Assembly (NCBI GenBank): GCA_905178155.1 | Contig: CAJINV010000004.1 | Coordinates: 280,969 to 344,968, forward strand | Direction of reading: 5' to 3' | From: Amoebophrya sp. A120 | Taxonomy: Eukaryota; Protista; Dinoflagellata | Length of the DNA: 64,000 nucleotides | In this document: positions 1-12,200 of the stretch, piece by piece | Numbering within the stretch: the stretch's first letter is position 1 | Layout of the letters: every line of letters begins with the position of its first letter | Translations under genes and position numbers: made by a program | Notes under the pieces: model-generated | Databases searched by the model: none | Told to the model about the DNA's origin: nothing | What the model saw: the letters and a program-made list of their open reading frames with translations, nothing else

Positions 1-261
1 ATCAGGGACGCCCTCCCATAGTTTCCCAACACGAAACGCGCATTTTTCTGCTGCTGTTTGGCCTTTCGGAATGATGTCTAGATGTCGTGCAAACCGCAAC
101 ACCAGGGCAAGAGTTAACTTCTTGAATTCAGTTTGAAATCAGTTTGAAATGAAAGTACAAGACGAGCGGTCTGGAGTTAAGGGCCACACAAAAAAGATAA
201 ATGCGAATTTGCAGCATGGCAAAACAGGCGGAGCAAGAGGCTTTTGCACCCTCATATGGGA

Positions 262-3200
262 AGCCAGTCCACCTTCTGAACGTAGAAGACGGCGACCTCT
301 TTTTCGCGGATCCAGGCGCCATGGCGTGTTATGCGAGGCAAATATGGTTGGGCCTGCTGGAGCGAAAACTTTTGATGCGGATTTCGAAGTAGGCATGTAA
401 AAAATTGTGTTGCAGCATACTCAGCGAACGATGTCGGATTTTTATGTTCACGAGAAGGCATTTCCATTTCTCTTGCAGGCTAGCTATGGAGAAGCTTTGA
501 GAGGACTTGTGATGCTCCGTGCACATTTTTCCAGAGCCTGATGCAGAAGCAAAAACTGCATGACAAACTTTCGCTGTCTTTCAGGCGGCCGATAAATATT
601 TGGAACGCATACTGATCCCGACGGAGTAATGTTCTCCGGTACGTCCCTGGATTGCGAACGCGTTGGGTTGTATCAAATGCAAATATTCCAAAGCTGCTGG
701 AGAGTTGCGGTCCTGAACTGTGGATGATAAAAGCAGTTTCGAATGCAAGCACGTACTAGCGTGACAAATTTGCGGAAGGCTCTGTCACACACAATGCGCA
801 TCAGAAGCTATGTTTTTGCTGTGGCTTTTCTTGGTCCTGCAACAGTACAAATATTACAGAAAAAATATATAATGTAAAGACGAAGAAAGACTGGCATTTA
901 TGAATGCAACAAGTTCCAACTACTTTCCAGACCCAGACGCAGGCACTTTTGCAATGCATAGGCTGACTTTGTTTCGGGCCTACGCAACCAGCAGCTGGCC
1001 CATGCAGTTTGATTTGGGAACATATGGAAATTTCAAGCACTATTTTTCTTGCTGTTACATGATTTGCCATGTTGCAAAATTACGATCAGCCTCTACACGA
1101 TCAAGCTGCTTCGCGCGGCTTGTATGTTGAAGCGCCAAACAGAATGAAGATCTGCTTCGTAAAAATGCAAGACGTACAAGCGGCGCCCGCGCCCCTGCTA
1201 TTTTTGCGCCGCAAACCCAAACTCATGTGAAAAGGTATCAAGCATAACGCTTGAGATCTCCATAGAGCAACAGAGTGTGCGACCGCGACTACGTTCCCGG
1301 TCGGGTGCAGCATGCGGGTCGGGGCCGAGGGTGACAACACAAACAACTACCGGGCTTACTACAACCGGGCCTATATGAAGCCTGCAAACTTCGAAGCCTA
1401 CGCGGACGGGACTTGCGTGCCGCAAAGTTTCATGCCGGTCTGTTCGATGCCGGGCTATCCGGGGAGAATCAAGTATGAGCACGCCAGGTAGGAAATCCTC
1501 AAAATAAAAAGCAAGAAAGTTGGTGACTCCAAGACGACAGCACCAATTGAGGCCGCCATTTCGAACCGGCGAGGGGGAGCTGTGTGTCCGGGAAATGAGG
1601 AGAAATTGCGCAATCCCCCCAGCCCACCCTCATCTATTTTTAGACATGCAAAAATACAAAAACAAACGCATGTCTTGCCTTTGGGCCGTGTGTGAGTCAC
1701 AAACCATAAACAGGATCACAGTCCGCGAGCGGATTTGTCATGCGGAAGTTACGTTTCATTCTGTCGTTGCTTGTGTTGCTGTTCATGCCCTTCAAACGAG
1801 GGCTTATTGCTATTGGACGCGTTGTGAACTCGTATCAAAAGATAAGGAGGGGCGCAGCTTCAAGATTTTTCGGATTGTAGAAACCATGAGACAATAAATT
1901 ACGCAGCTGGCATTTGGGGTTTCCATTCTGAGTGAAACGAGCTGGCAAACCCCAAGGTGTGACGCAGCTGGCTCTGAGCTCTTCTGGCCTTCCTGGACAG
2001 CTGCAGGTGGCAGCGCCTTGAGTTTCTCCGGCCGTGAAAAACTTTACGAAGAGCGGCGCAGCTTTAAGACTTTCCGGTCGTGCAAGGAAAACTACCAAGC
2101 ACAGGGCACCGTGGCGGGTTCGTAGACGTTGCGACGCAGCTGCTGCGAGCTGTTTCGGCCCGGGAAAAGTGTCTCTCCGAGGGGTTCCACAGCTTTGCGT
2201 CGTCCCTTCCTCGAGGCACACGGTGCTCAACCAACGCCGAGCGGGAAAGCAGGTGCGTTGGGACAATCGGCGGGCCGCCAAGCAGACCGCGGCCAGTCAT
2301 ATCGGTCAGCCCCTCGCATAAAACGCTCGCCCGCATATCCCGCATGGCGCGGTCAGGTTTCGGGTTTTTGTTTTGCCGCTCGGGCCTATTTGTCATGCCG
2401 AACGAAACTCGAGAAAGGCGCGGCCAGTTGGGCGCAGGGTATATATTGCCGGCCTCGGTTTTGGGTTCGTTCTGGCGCAGGATATTTTCCGGGGCATGTA
2501 GTTTTCGGGTGTGCCATACGATGGCGCCCGGCTCCCATGATCGGATTTGGCACAAAGTCCGCCGGAAGGCAAAGCCCCACATAGTGCATTCACCCAGGCT
2601 GGCGCGGCTGTTGCTGTGTCTGTGGTCTTCGATGGACAAGGTTGACGGAGTTGCCCTAGGGCCTTTCAGGAGGCGCCCCGCCCGCGGGTGCACACACAGA
2701 GCCCCAGCCCGTGAGAGTATGCTCCATGCCGCGAGTGTTACGCCCCGGAGCACAGGTTGGTAGTCCGCTGCCTGTACTAGCGTCGCCATTTTTTTCATGG
2801 GGCAAACGCAAAGCAATTGCGGGCACACTCGGAAATAAAGCTGCAGGGCGCATTTTGTTGAGCGCCGATGCCGGCGCCACACGCTTGCAGGCGGCCCTGT
2901 TGTGGGCAATTGTGCCTGAATTCTGTAAGGGGGTGCCTTTAGCGGCGGCGAGCGGTTTCTTCAATGTGCTAAAAAGGAAAACGGCGCAGGCCCTACGCAC
3001 GCCAGGGCCATCACCTTCCCAGGCGGCGAGGAGAGGACGCAAGTTCGCAAAAATCCAGAGGGCGCCGCCATGTCCGACCTGCGCCGAGCGATAGGTCGCC
3101 GCGCGGGGGTCGACTCAGTTCCGCGCCGTGTCCAGCTTGTTTATGATGCCTAAACCCGGAGACGGCGCCAGCTGGGCCCGTCATGCATGTTAAGGAGGCG

Positions 3201-6200
3201 CGTTGCAAATTTTTCTGAGGCTCAGAGAAGTCAATCTGTCCGCTGCTGCTGAGGACAAGCGCGCCGCGGATTTCTATCGTGATTGCCTGCCAGCAGCATC
3301 AACGCCATTCCGTGTCTGTCTCGCCCCCTCGTGCCTTCCTTCTTTCACAGCCAGCCGCTTCGGCGGTGGGCGTGTTGGTCGCTCGCTTTGCATCGTTGCG
3401 CGTGTCTTTTCATGGAAGTCAGAACCTACTTGCTTTTCCAGTTTGGGAATTTCCTAACGGACGCTTCCACAGCAAGTACAGGCTCGCCGCCGGCAACAAC
3501 CCTAAAGAAAACGGCAGCTGCAAGGAGATTGCCGCACTCACGGGACGAGCCTGGCGCCCTATCACGAATAGCCACCATTGCGGTCTCGCGGCGCAGGAGA
3601 TAAAAACAGAAAACACGGAACCTAAAATTGAGCCTGAAGAATTTCGGAACAAGATTCTAACGGAGCCTAAAATGGACGGCGTTGACGATAACGAGGCGAA
3701 CTGTAAGCGGGATCGATGCCTGCCGCACACGTATATTCGCGACCGCCCGGGGGGCTGCTATTGCTCGGGCACGACCGGGCAGTGCCATTTCAATAATGGT
3801 GGCTTCGACCGTGATGAGCCAAAGGCGTGGCATGCCATAGGGTATGTTCCGTTGTGCTTTTTGAATGACGACACCTTGCCTGCGGGTGCAGCTGCGGCGA
3901 CAGCGACGAACGCTAAGTATCTTGTGACGGCCGGCTCGCTATCAAAATGAAAAACCTAAACCCCCCTTCCCCATGTTCAAGCGAAATCTGTGATGCGCCG
4001 CGATTTCTGTCCAGAAAGCAGCTTTGTCTTCCGCAGAAGTGGGGTACTGATGCAGGCGGATAAGAATCTGGGGTGGGGTCATTTTCGCGTAGACGCTTAG
4101 CATGAGAGCAGACGCCGGGGCGGGGGGACGGCGCAACAGCATTTGAACTACAACACAACAAATCCCCTGCATATGAATGAATGAATTAATGCACCGGCTC
4201 CGCTGCATCTGGACAATTTACCTTCTTGCAAGACAGGGCACCACGCGATCTGCGACCACAAAAGGGCGCCGCAGATCTTCAGAGGCGTGCTCTGTCATTT
4301 CGGGCCGGGGGGATTTTCCTTACGATACTCGCCTGTGGGAGTTGCTGTGTATCGTGGCGCCGCCGCGGTGGTGCCTGACGATGGACCGGGAGCTCCCGCG
4401 AAATGCGTGCATCCAGGCATCCGATTTTTCCTACGCTGCTGCTCTGACCGCGCAACCCACGTGCCTATGTCTGCGTATGGCTGCGACGACAAGACGGAGG
4501 ACGACAACGGCGTTACCTGTGCTCGGTGCCGCGGACCCTTCTATGATGATACCAACGGAGATCAATTTCTGACCAGCAGTGATGCGCAAAACACCGAGGC
4601 CAGCGGCACTGTCACCTTTCCCTGGACCAGCATGGGACCCGGGCACACGTTGCACACCGCGAAGGCTTACTGCGAAGCGCAGACCTTCGAGGGAACGAAT
4701 CTGCGCCTTTGTACAGACGACGACCTCTTTGACGGACGTGGAGTTCCCGAGAACGATGACTGCGGATTCCATGGGCGGCACATATGGACGCAGACCATGT
4801 GCGAATCCGAAAGTGTTGGCAAAGTGTCGCTGCGGCAAAGTGAAGCGCCACTCACCGGCAACTTTGAAGTGGAAGGCAAGCTCACGATCGGGGAGAAGGA
4901 GAACAACTATGTGACACAATTTACATTGGAGAGGGGAAACCCGAACTCGTTTGATGTGATCTTCCCACACGTGCTCCCTCGGAGCCGCAGGTTCGAGATG
5001 GTGTTCACCCAGCTTCCGGACAACGGCGCAGAAGTCTTCATCCCTTTCGAGGAGGCAAATCTGTACTACATCACAACGGCGGCAGGTTACTCCAGTGACG
5101 CACCAATCACTTGTCCCTACTACAACTCAATGAATTTGGGTTGCGCCGCGCTCTATCAAATGTAAAAGTGTCTGGGTCTGTAAGAATGCAACTTGTCACG
5201 CTAAATCTGAAGCATGCAAAAATCTGTGTTGCATGATTACCAAAAGTCAACCAGTTTTGACCAAGTCGAGAGCGAGTTTCTCACGCAGGATAAGCATGAG
5301 AGCGCTCGCACAGAATCTGTCATGCTACGTTCTGCATTCCAGACCTCGTGGGTCATGGAAAAGCTGCATGACAAACAAGGTCCGAGCACGGGGACAGAGT
5401 CCCCGTGCGGCGACCTTCCGGCATTACATTTGTCTGCGCGGTGGCACTGGCCAGGCAGGTCGCCTGCAGCTAGGTATCTCGGTGCGCCTTGCATTCACTG
5501 ACCCGCGACGGGCCTGCGGACGCGGCCCCCTTGCTTGCGCGCACTAGATTCATTAGCCTGCCGCGCGCAAAGATAAAAGAAAAGAAGAAACTAACTGGCG
5601 CGTGCCGGGCCGGGAGCCGGCCCCCAGGTCATGACGCGGCGACAGAGTCCCCGCACTGCCCTGGGGCTTTTCTCTGCCCCTTCCATCCTCGGCCGCGCGG
5701 TGTGGTGTCCGGGGAGTGTTCGTAGCTAGCCCCCTTGGCCGCACGTTCGTTGTCCGGGAACGAAGCGCCCAAAGCTGGCCCCTAGGCCATGACACGGGGA
5801 CCGAGCAGTCCCCGCGCTGGCCTGGGGCTTTCGCCCCTAACTTGGCCGCACGGTGTCGCCGGGGAGCGCCTGCAGCTGGCCCCTAGGCCATGGCGCGGGG
5901 ACCGAGTCCCCGCGCTGGCCTAGGGCTTTCGCCCCTTGGCAGCACGGCGTCCGGGAAGCGCTTACAGCTGGCCCCTAGGCAATGGCGCGGGGGCAGAGAG
6001 GGTCCCCGCGTGCGCTGGCCTAGGCAGGGCTTTCGCCCTTTTGCCGCACGGCGTCGCGGGAAGTGCTGCGAGCCAGCCCCTAGGCCATGGCGCGGGGGCC
6101 GAGTCCCCGCGCTGCCCTAAGGGTTCGCTTCGCCCCGCCCTTGGCCGCGCGCGCGGTGTCCGGGAAGCGCGCACAGCTGGCCCCTAGTCCATGACGCGGG

Positions 6201-9200
6201 GCCCCACCGAGCCCCCGCGCTGGCCTAGGGCTTTCGCCCCTTGGCTACACGTTGTCCGGGAAGCGCCCTCAGCTGGCCCCTAGGCCATGACGCGGAGACC
6301 GAGTCCCCGCGCTGGCTTAGGGCTTTCGCCCCTTGGCCGCACGGTGTCCGGGAAGCGCCGACAGCTTGCCCCTAGTCCATGACGCGGGGACCGAGTCCCC
6401 GCGCTGGCCTAGGGCTTTCGCCCCTTGGCCACACCTCGCCCGGGACGGATGGAAACGCCAACAGCTGGCCCCTAGACCATGACGCGGGGACCGAGTCCCC
6501 GCGCTGGCCTAGGACTTTCGCCCCTTGGCCGCACGGTGTCCGGGAGGCGCTCCCAGCTGGCCCCTAGGCTATGACGCGGGGGCCCACCGAGTCCCCGCGC
6601 TGGCCTAGGGCTTTCGCACGCCCCTTGGCCGAACGGTGTCCGGGAAGCGCGCGCACAGCCACAGCTGGCCCCTAGGCCATGACGCGGGGACCGAGTCCCC
6701 GCGCTGGCCTAGGGCTTTCGCCCCTTGGCCACACCGTGCCCGGGACACGCCAACAGCTGGCCCCTAGGCCATGACGCGGGGACCGAGTCCCCGCGCTGGC
6801 CTAGGACTTTCGCCCCTTGGCCGCACGGTGTCCGGGAAGCGCTCACAGCTGGCCCCTAGGCCATGACGCGGGGACCGAGTCCCCGCGCTGGCCTAGGGTT
6901 TTCGCCCCTTGGCCACACCATGCCCGGGAAACGCCAACAGCTGGCCCCTAGGCCATGGCGCGGGGACCGAGTCCCCGCGCTGGCCTAGGACTTTCGCCCC
7001 TTGGCCGCACGGTGTCCGGGAAGCGCTTACAGCTGGCCCCTAGGCCATGACGCGGGGACCGAGTCCCCGCGCTGGCCTAGGGCTTTCGCCCCTTCCTTGG
7101 CCGCACGGTCTCGCGTGACAGACTGGGCTTCGGCTCCAAACCTCACATGGCAAAGTCCGAAAGTTTGGCCGGGGTGTGTCCGAAAGTCTGCCCGGGGTGT
7201 GTCCGAAAGTCTGCACGGGGTGTGTCTGGGGTATGTTCGGACTTTTTGCCTGGGGTATGTTCGGGGGTCTGTCTGGGGTGTGTCTGGGGTATGTTTATGC
7301 CCCACCTGTTGGCTTTTCGGCAAAAAATTGCAGTCCGCTCGTGATTGAGGAGCATTTGCATACCCCTGACACACCCCCGAGCATACCCCTCGCCTGCATT
7401 TTTGACCAGCTGCTGCAGTTTAGATAGTAATCTCGCAATCTTCCAGACCCAGACATTTTTGCATTTGATACTCTCCGCAAAGGGGTCGTCTCGGTTGTCG
7501 GCCCGAACCAGGTGCTCAAGTTTGAACAGAAGGCCAGCGTGCGCACGATGCCTGGTGCTTTGAGCGAGTCCTTCGATTATCCCCCACAGTGTATTATCAA
7601 ATGCAAATGTGTCTGGGTCCGGGAGTGTCAGGCATATTCTGTATGACAGCCCATGATTATGATGCCTGTAATGCATGACCTAGCATCACAGATTTTGAAA
7701 GGACTTCCTGATACCTATTCCGCATGAGAAATGCCCTCTCCACGTAACACAAACTGGGCTCCTGTTGCTGGTCATGCGGTACAGATTTTTTTCGAGTCCA
7801 AAGACAGCATCACAGATTGCAACCTTCCAGACCCAGACACTTGTGTAGTTGATATGTACGAACCGTGAACAAAAGCCGGCCAACGTACGGTGCTGTAGTT
7901 GGAACGGGTTCCAACGTCTGGACGACGCATCGGCGGATTATGGAACTGTCAGGATCGAAATAGACAAGGTCGAAAATAATTTTGTAATGCATAAAATGTA
8001 GGAGTAGGGCACGTATGGCCTGTGTTGGGAGCAGGCAATAAATGCGACCGATTGCATTTGCAAGCCTGTTTGCGGGGAGACAATGCGCTGCCAGAGTAGC
8101 ATGACGGGAGCAGTCTTCTTTGCCCAAACAGCACCACGCACGGGATTTTGCCGCTCCCGAAATTTGTCACGCGCAAATTAGGAACTGCGTTCCAATTGCG
8201 TCGGTTTTATGCGTCAGAAATGATTTCGATTTTGGTGATTTCGATCCTGACGATTCCATACGGATACGGTCAAGTTTAGTGTCCGGCTGGACATGCGGCT
8301 GTACGCAGGGCAACGGGAATCGAAGGGGTGCAGCGGCTTGCGGGGGCGTTCCTACAACGACGCAATCGAAATTTGCGAGTACTTCGGGTTTACGCTGTGC
8401 ACCGAAGTCGAGGTCAAGGGGGGGTTTAGCCAAGACACGGGGTGCGGCTTCGATGCCAGTCGAATTTGGACCAATACCGCCTGCGACCCCGCGGAGCTAC
8501 CCTGGTACCTGAACGATGTAGACGCGAACCCCGTTCCGAGGAACGAGATGATCTTCCTCGCAGATGCGCACCTGACCTGCAAAAGGGCGGAGAGTGGCGT
8601 GGACCACGCGTTTTACGCAAAAACCGACTACGTGGACATCAGTGCTTACACGCCCGAGGGCCCCAACAAGTCCTACGCAGCGGGGGCGCTCAACGAGGCC
8701 CTCTCGAAGTGCCTTCAGGACGAAAGCTGCTGCTACGTGAACGCGGCCGGATACTCGCAGAGTGCCGAGCAGTTCATTCGAAGCTACGTGGTGCGGCCTA
8801 GCTACATGAGGCTGGAGTGCACCTTCACATATGGCCCTTTTGGGGATGAAACCTACATGGTGAGCTTTGCGAAGGCGCGATGCTTCGACTACATCTCAGA
8901 GGTCACCTACCTCGCGCGGGCGGACGGAAAGCAAGTCCCGGCAGGAACCAGCCGGGTGACCGGACTGGTGACGGCGGCGAGCGCCCGAGCGCTGCCCCTG
9001 GAGGGTTGGGGACAATGGGCTTACGCCGCCACGAAGTGCTGGGCAGATCCGGCACTATCAATGGAAGTGTATGCGAACCACATGTGCGACGGCATGACTT
9101 ATTTCAGCAAGGTCAACAAGGAGGGCTCGCGGGCGGCTTTTGGCGGGTACCCGGTTCGCCCAGGCCCGAATGTGGGCAGCTGCGTGGACACCTGTGCTCT

Positions 9201-12200
9201 CGAGTCGTACTTTGAAATTGCGCGCACGGTTTCTGCGCATGGTACCCGATATGTGTCCTTTTGCATGGGCTCCGAGCAGATGAGCCGGCGGCTGGAGCAG
9301 TGGGAAAGGATAGGAGGTGCGGAAGGGTCCGGCAACTGCGACGCCGAGGCCGCCGGAGACCCGGACGGGCAGTGGAGTTGGGTATTCCAGAAGGTCGGCA
9401 ACCCAGACGAAAAGTTCGAGGAACTGACCACCACGACGACCCCGGAGCCGGATTTGGGAGTGCCCGGCCCGGTTTTGTGGAAATTTACGCGAATGACCAA
9501 GATGCCGGGATTTAGTGGCGGGTGCTCGTACGATGAGGGCGCGGTGGAGGTGTTGAAGTCTCCCTTCTTTGAGATGCAGTTCGGGTTGCATTGGGAGGAT
9601 GCGGTCGATGCGGACACGGGCAACATGGACTTTCGCACTGCGGTGGCCTTTTGCAAGGTACTCTACGACTGTGCGTACGTAGTGGAGGAAACCACTGAGG
9701 GCGGATCCGGGCCGGAGGAGGACCAGTGCAACCTGCTGCGGATGAGCACCACTAATGGACCCGAGGAAGAGACAGCGCTCGAGACCGACCCGAAACAGGT
9801 CAACGGAGCATGGAACGAGGTCAATGCGCTGAAATACGCGCCGGTCGACGTACCTGGCGAGCGGATAGTTGGCCTGCCAAAGTCCGTGATGCTCCCCTGG
9901 GAAACAGTAGCGGAAGTGGTCGATGACGCGGGCAACGTAAAACTAGAGGACAAGGAAACCAAGTGCCTAAAGCGCGATATACGCAACAAGGATGGCCCCC
10001 CGGAGGTGCGCCACAGATATACAAATTCGGACTTTGAAGACAACAATAAAGCCAGCTGCCTCCGCGCCTTTCGGATCTGCCGATCGGAGCGCATGATTGC
10101 CGATCCTGCCGGCATGCGGTGTGGTCTGATGAAGAAGGAAATTGATGTGAAACTCGCTACCGGGCATCATCCCTACCTTTCCGCGACTTTGCAGCCGTAC
10201 ATAAGGACCGGGTCTGTTCTATGGACTTCTTAAACGTTACATTCTCAGCTGTTACATGATTTGTCATGCAAAATCGCCATCAGCCACACCACGACCAAGC
10301 TACTCCGCACGACAAAATCTCGAAGGGCTAAACAACATTCAACATTGAAATCTGTGCCGAATTTGTAATGCGAATAGTGCAAGCTTGCCCCTTTCAGTGT
10401 TTCTGTTCTTGCATCAAAAATTGATGTAACAGTTGAGAGTGCAACATTTGAGAACTCCATATGTTCTGAACGAGCATTGTCTCGTCTACGACTCCCTGGG
10501 CGAATATCCACAAAAAAACAACCATGCCCATCCAGTTTGTCATGCAAAATATGCATAGAGTCCAGTGTTTGTCATGCATAGAATGGATGGGGATGGTTGT
10601 TTTTTCCGGGATAGCGAAGCGTTTCATGCCTGCGTAGGGAAACCCGGCTGTGCTTACATCTACGACCAATTGTGCCACTCCGCCCTGTATAAAAAGCAAA
10701 TACGTCGTCTGGGTCTGGAAGAGTGCAGATTAGACGCCATGCTTCCTTAAAATCCGGAAAAGAACTTGATCTCGCTTTCGTGACTAGCAAAATACAAATG
10801 CTAACCGTTTTTTGTAGTGCGAAGATTTCTACTCCTGTGGAGGAGCGACGGAGACAAGAAGTCTTGCACGGTATAGGTAGAAAATTATGTGCGTTAAGAC
10901 TTAAATAATACAGCAACTCCTTGCATTGCTTTTCCAGGCCCGGGTATTTTCTAATCCATATCCTGCGTGGGTCTCCAACGAAAACCGTGTGGTTATGAGA
11001 GTACAGAACTCCTTCTCCGAGCCCCTATTTGTGTGGCACGAACGGTAATGAAACCACCAATACATGGATGCTGTGGATGATATTGATATGCTCATGACGA
11101 GCTCAGTGTAGCATGGTTTGGGCTTCCAAAAGTTGTAATGCAAGAAACTACAGTGCCACAGGCGAGGCACAGACAAGACGAGGCAGCAGATGGCTTTGCA
11201 ATTTAGCATGGCACATGAGTGGGAGGGGGATGCTGTGTACCGTTATAGTGGTCCGACGATGACCAGGCCCTGAAAGATATGGAAGCGCCAGGCTTGTTGA
11301 TGAAATCGACTTTAACGATTTGCAGCACACACCTAAGAAACAGCGAATCAAAAAGTACTGCCTGGCTTGCCTAGAAGGCAAGTGAGCGCGATTGTAAGCC
11401 TGTTGAGGGCTAGCGATAGAGCTGTCGAAGCAGCACGAGAATGAAAAGCAGCCACCTGTGCGCCAGCAGGACGACAAACACGATATAGGTGCTGCCAAAA
11501 TTATTTATCGCGCGCCGCTCAAAAATTAGGGGCCCAGGAATAACTGGAGACGGTTTTACGTGTGGCGCCGCAGATTGCTGCAACTTTGTCGATTGCGGCG
11601 AGCCTGCCGCTTGCATAGCCGACCGGTTGCGAGTCGACGCCGGCATCCACTGGTACGTGTGCCCGCGATACGCCCTGCCAATATGTCTCGGTCTGGAATA
11701 TGACAACCGCAGACCTTTTTTACAGTGTTTCTATTTTCATACTGTATAGAAATAAATTGCTAGCTTTGCACAGGGACACAGAAGGTCTGGCCCTCCGCAA
11801 GCCTGAGTGTCCCAAGTTCATCTTCGGAGGTCGTTCCACAATGCGTAAGCCGCGTGACCGACGACCCCCGCTTTCGTTGGCAAGATGAAGCGGGCAACTT
11901 TTGCTCTTCAGCAGGCATGGTAGATTTTGATATCGTGCGACAAAGGTTGCATTTTTCCAGAGGACCCAGGGGACCTATTTGCACTTGATAAGCGATCGGT
12001 TAAGATGGAAGTTCCTGATCCGGAGCTTTCGCAGGTGATAGACGTGAACGAATTCACGGACTGCGCCCTGAAAGTGGAGCCGGAATATCCACTGCAAGCA
12101 AGTGTAGATCACGGAGAAAGTACTTATATGCAGTTTCTACATCTGAAAAAAGGTCTAAAGTGCAAGAAGAGCGTGCCAAATTCTGCGAGTGCCTCTCCAT

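Noticed and set aside
1835-3208. Long overlapping ORFs in GC-rich intronic or intergenic blocks (also 18682-19676, 31676-35636, 42938-44064)
   Set aside because: Arg/Ala/Pro/Gly-rich with no recognisable motifs, open on several frames; expected by chance in GC-rich repeats.
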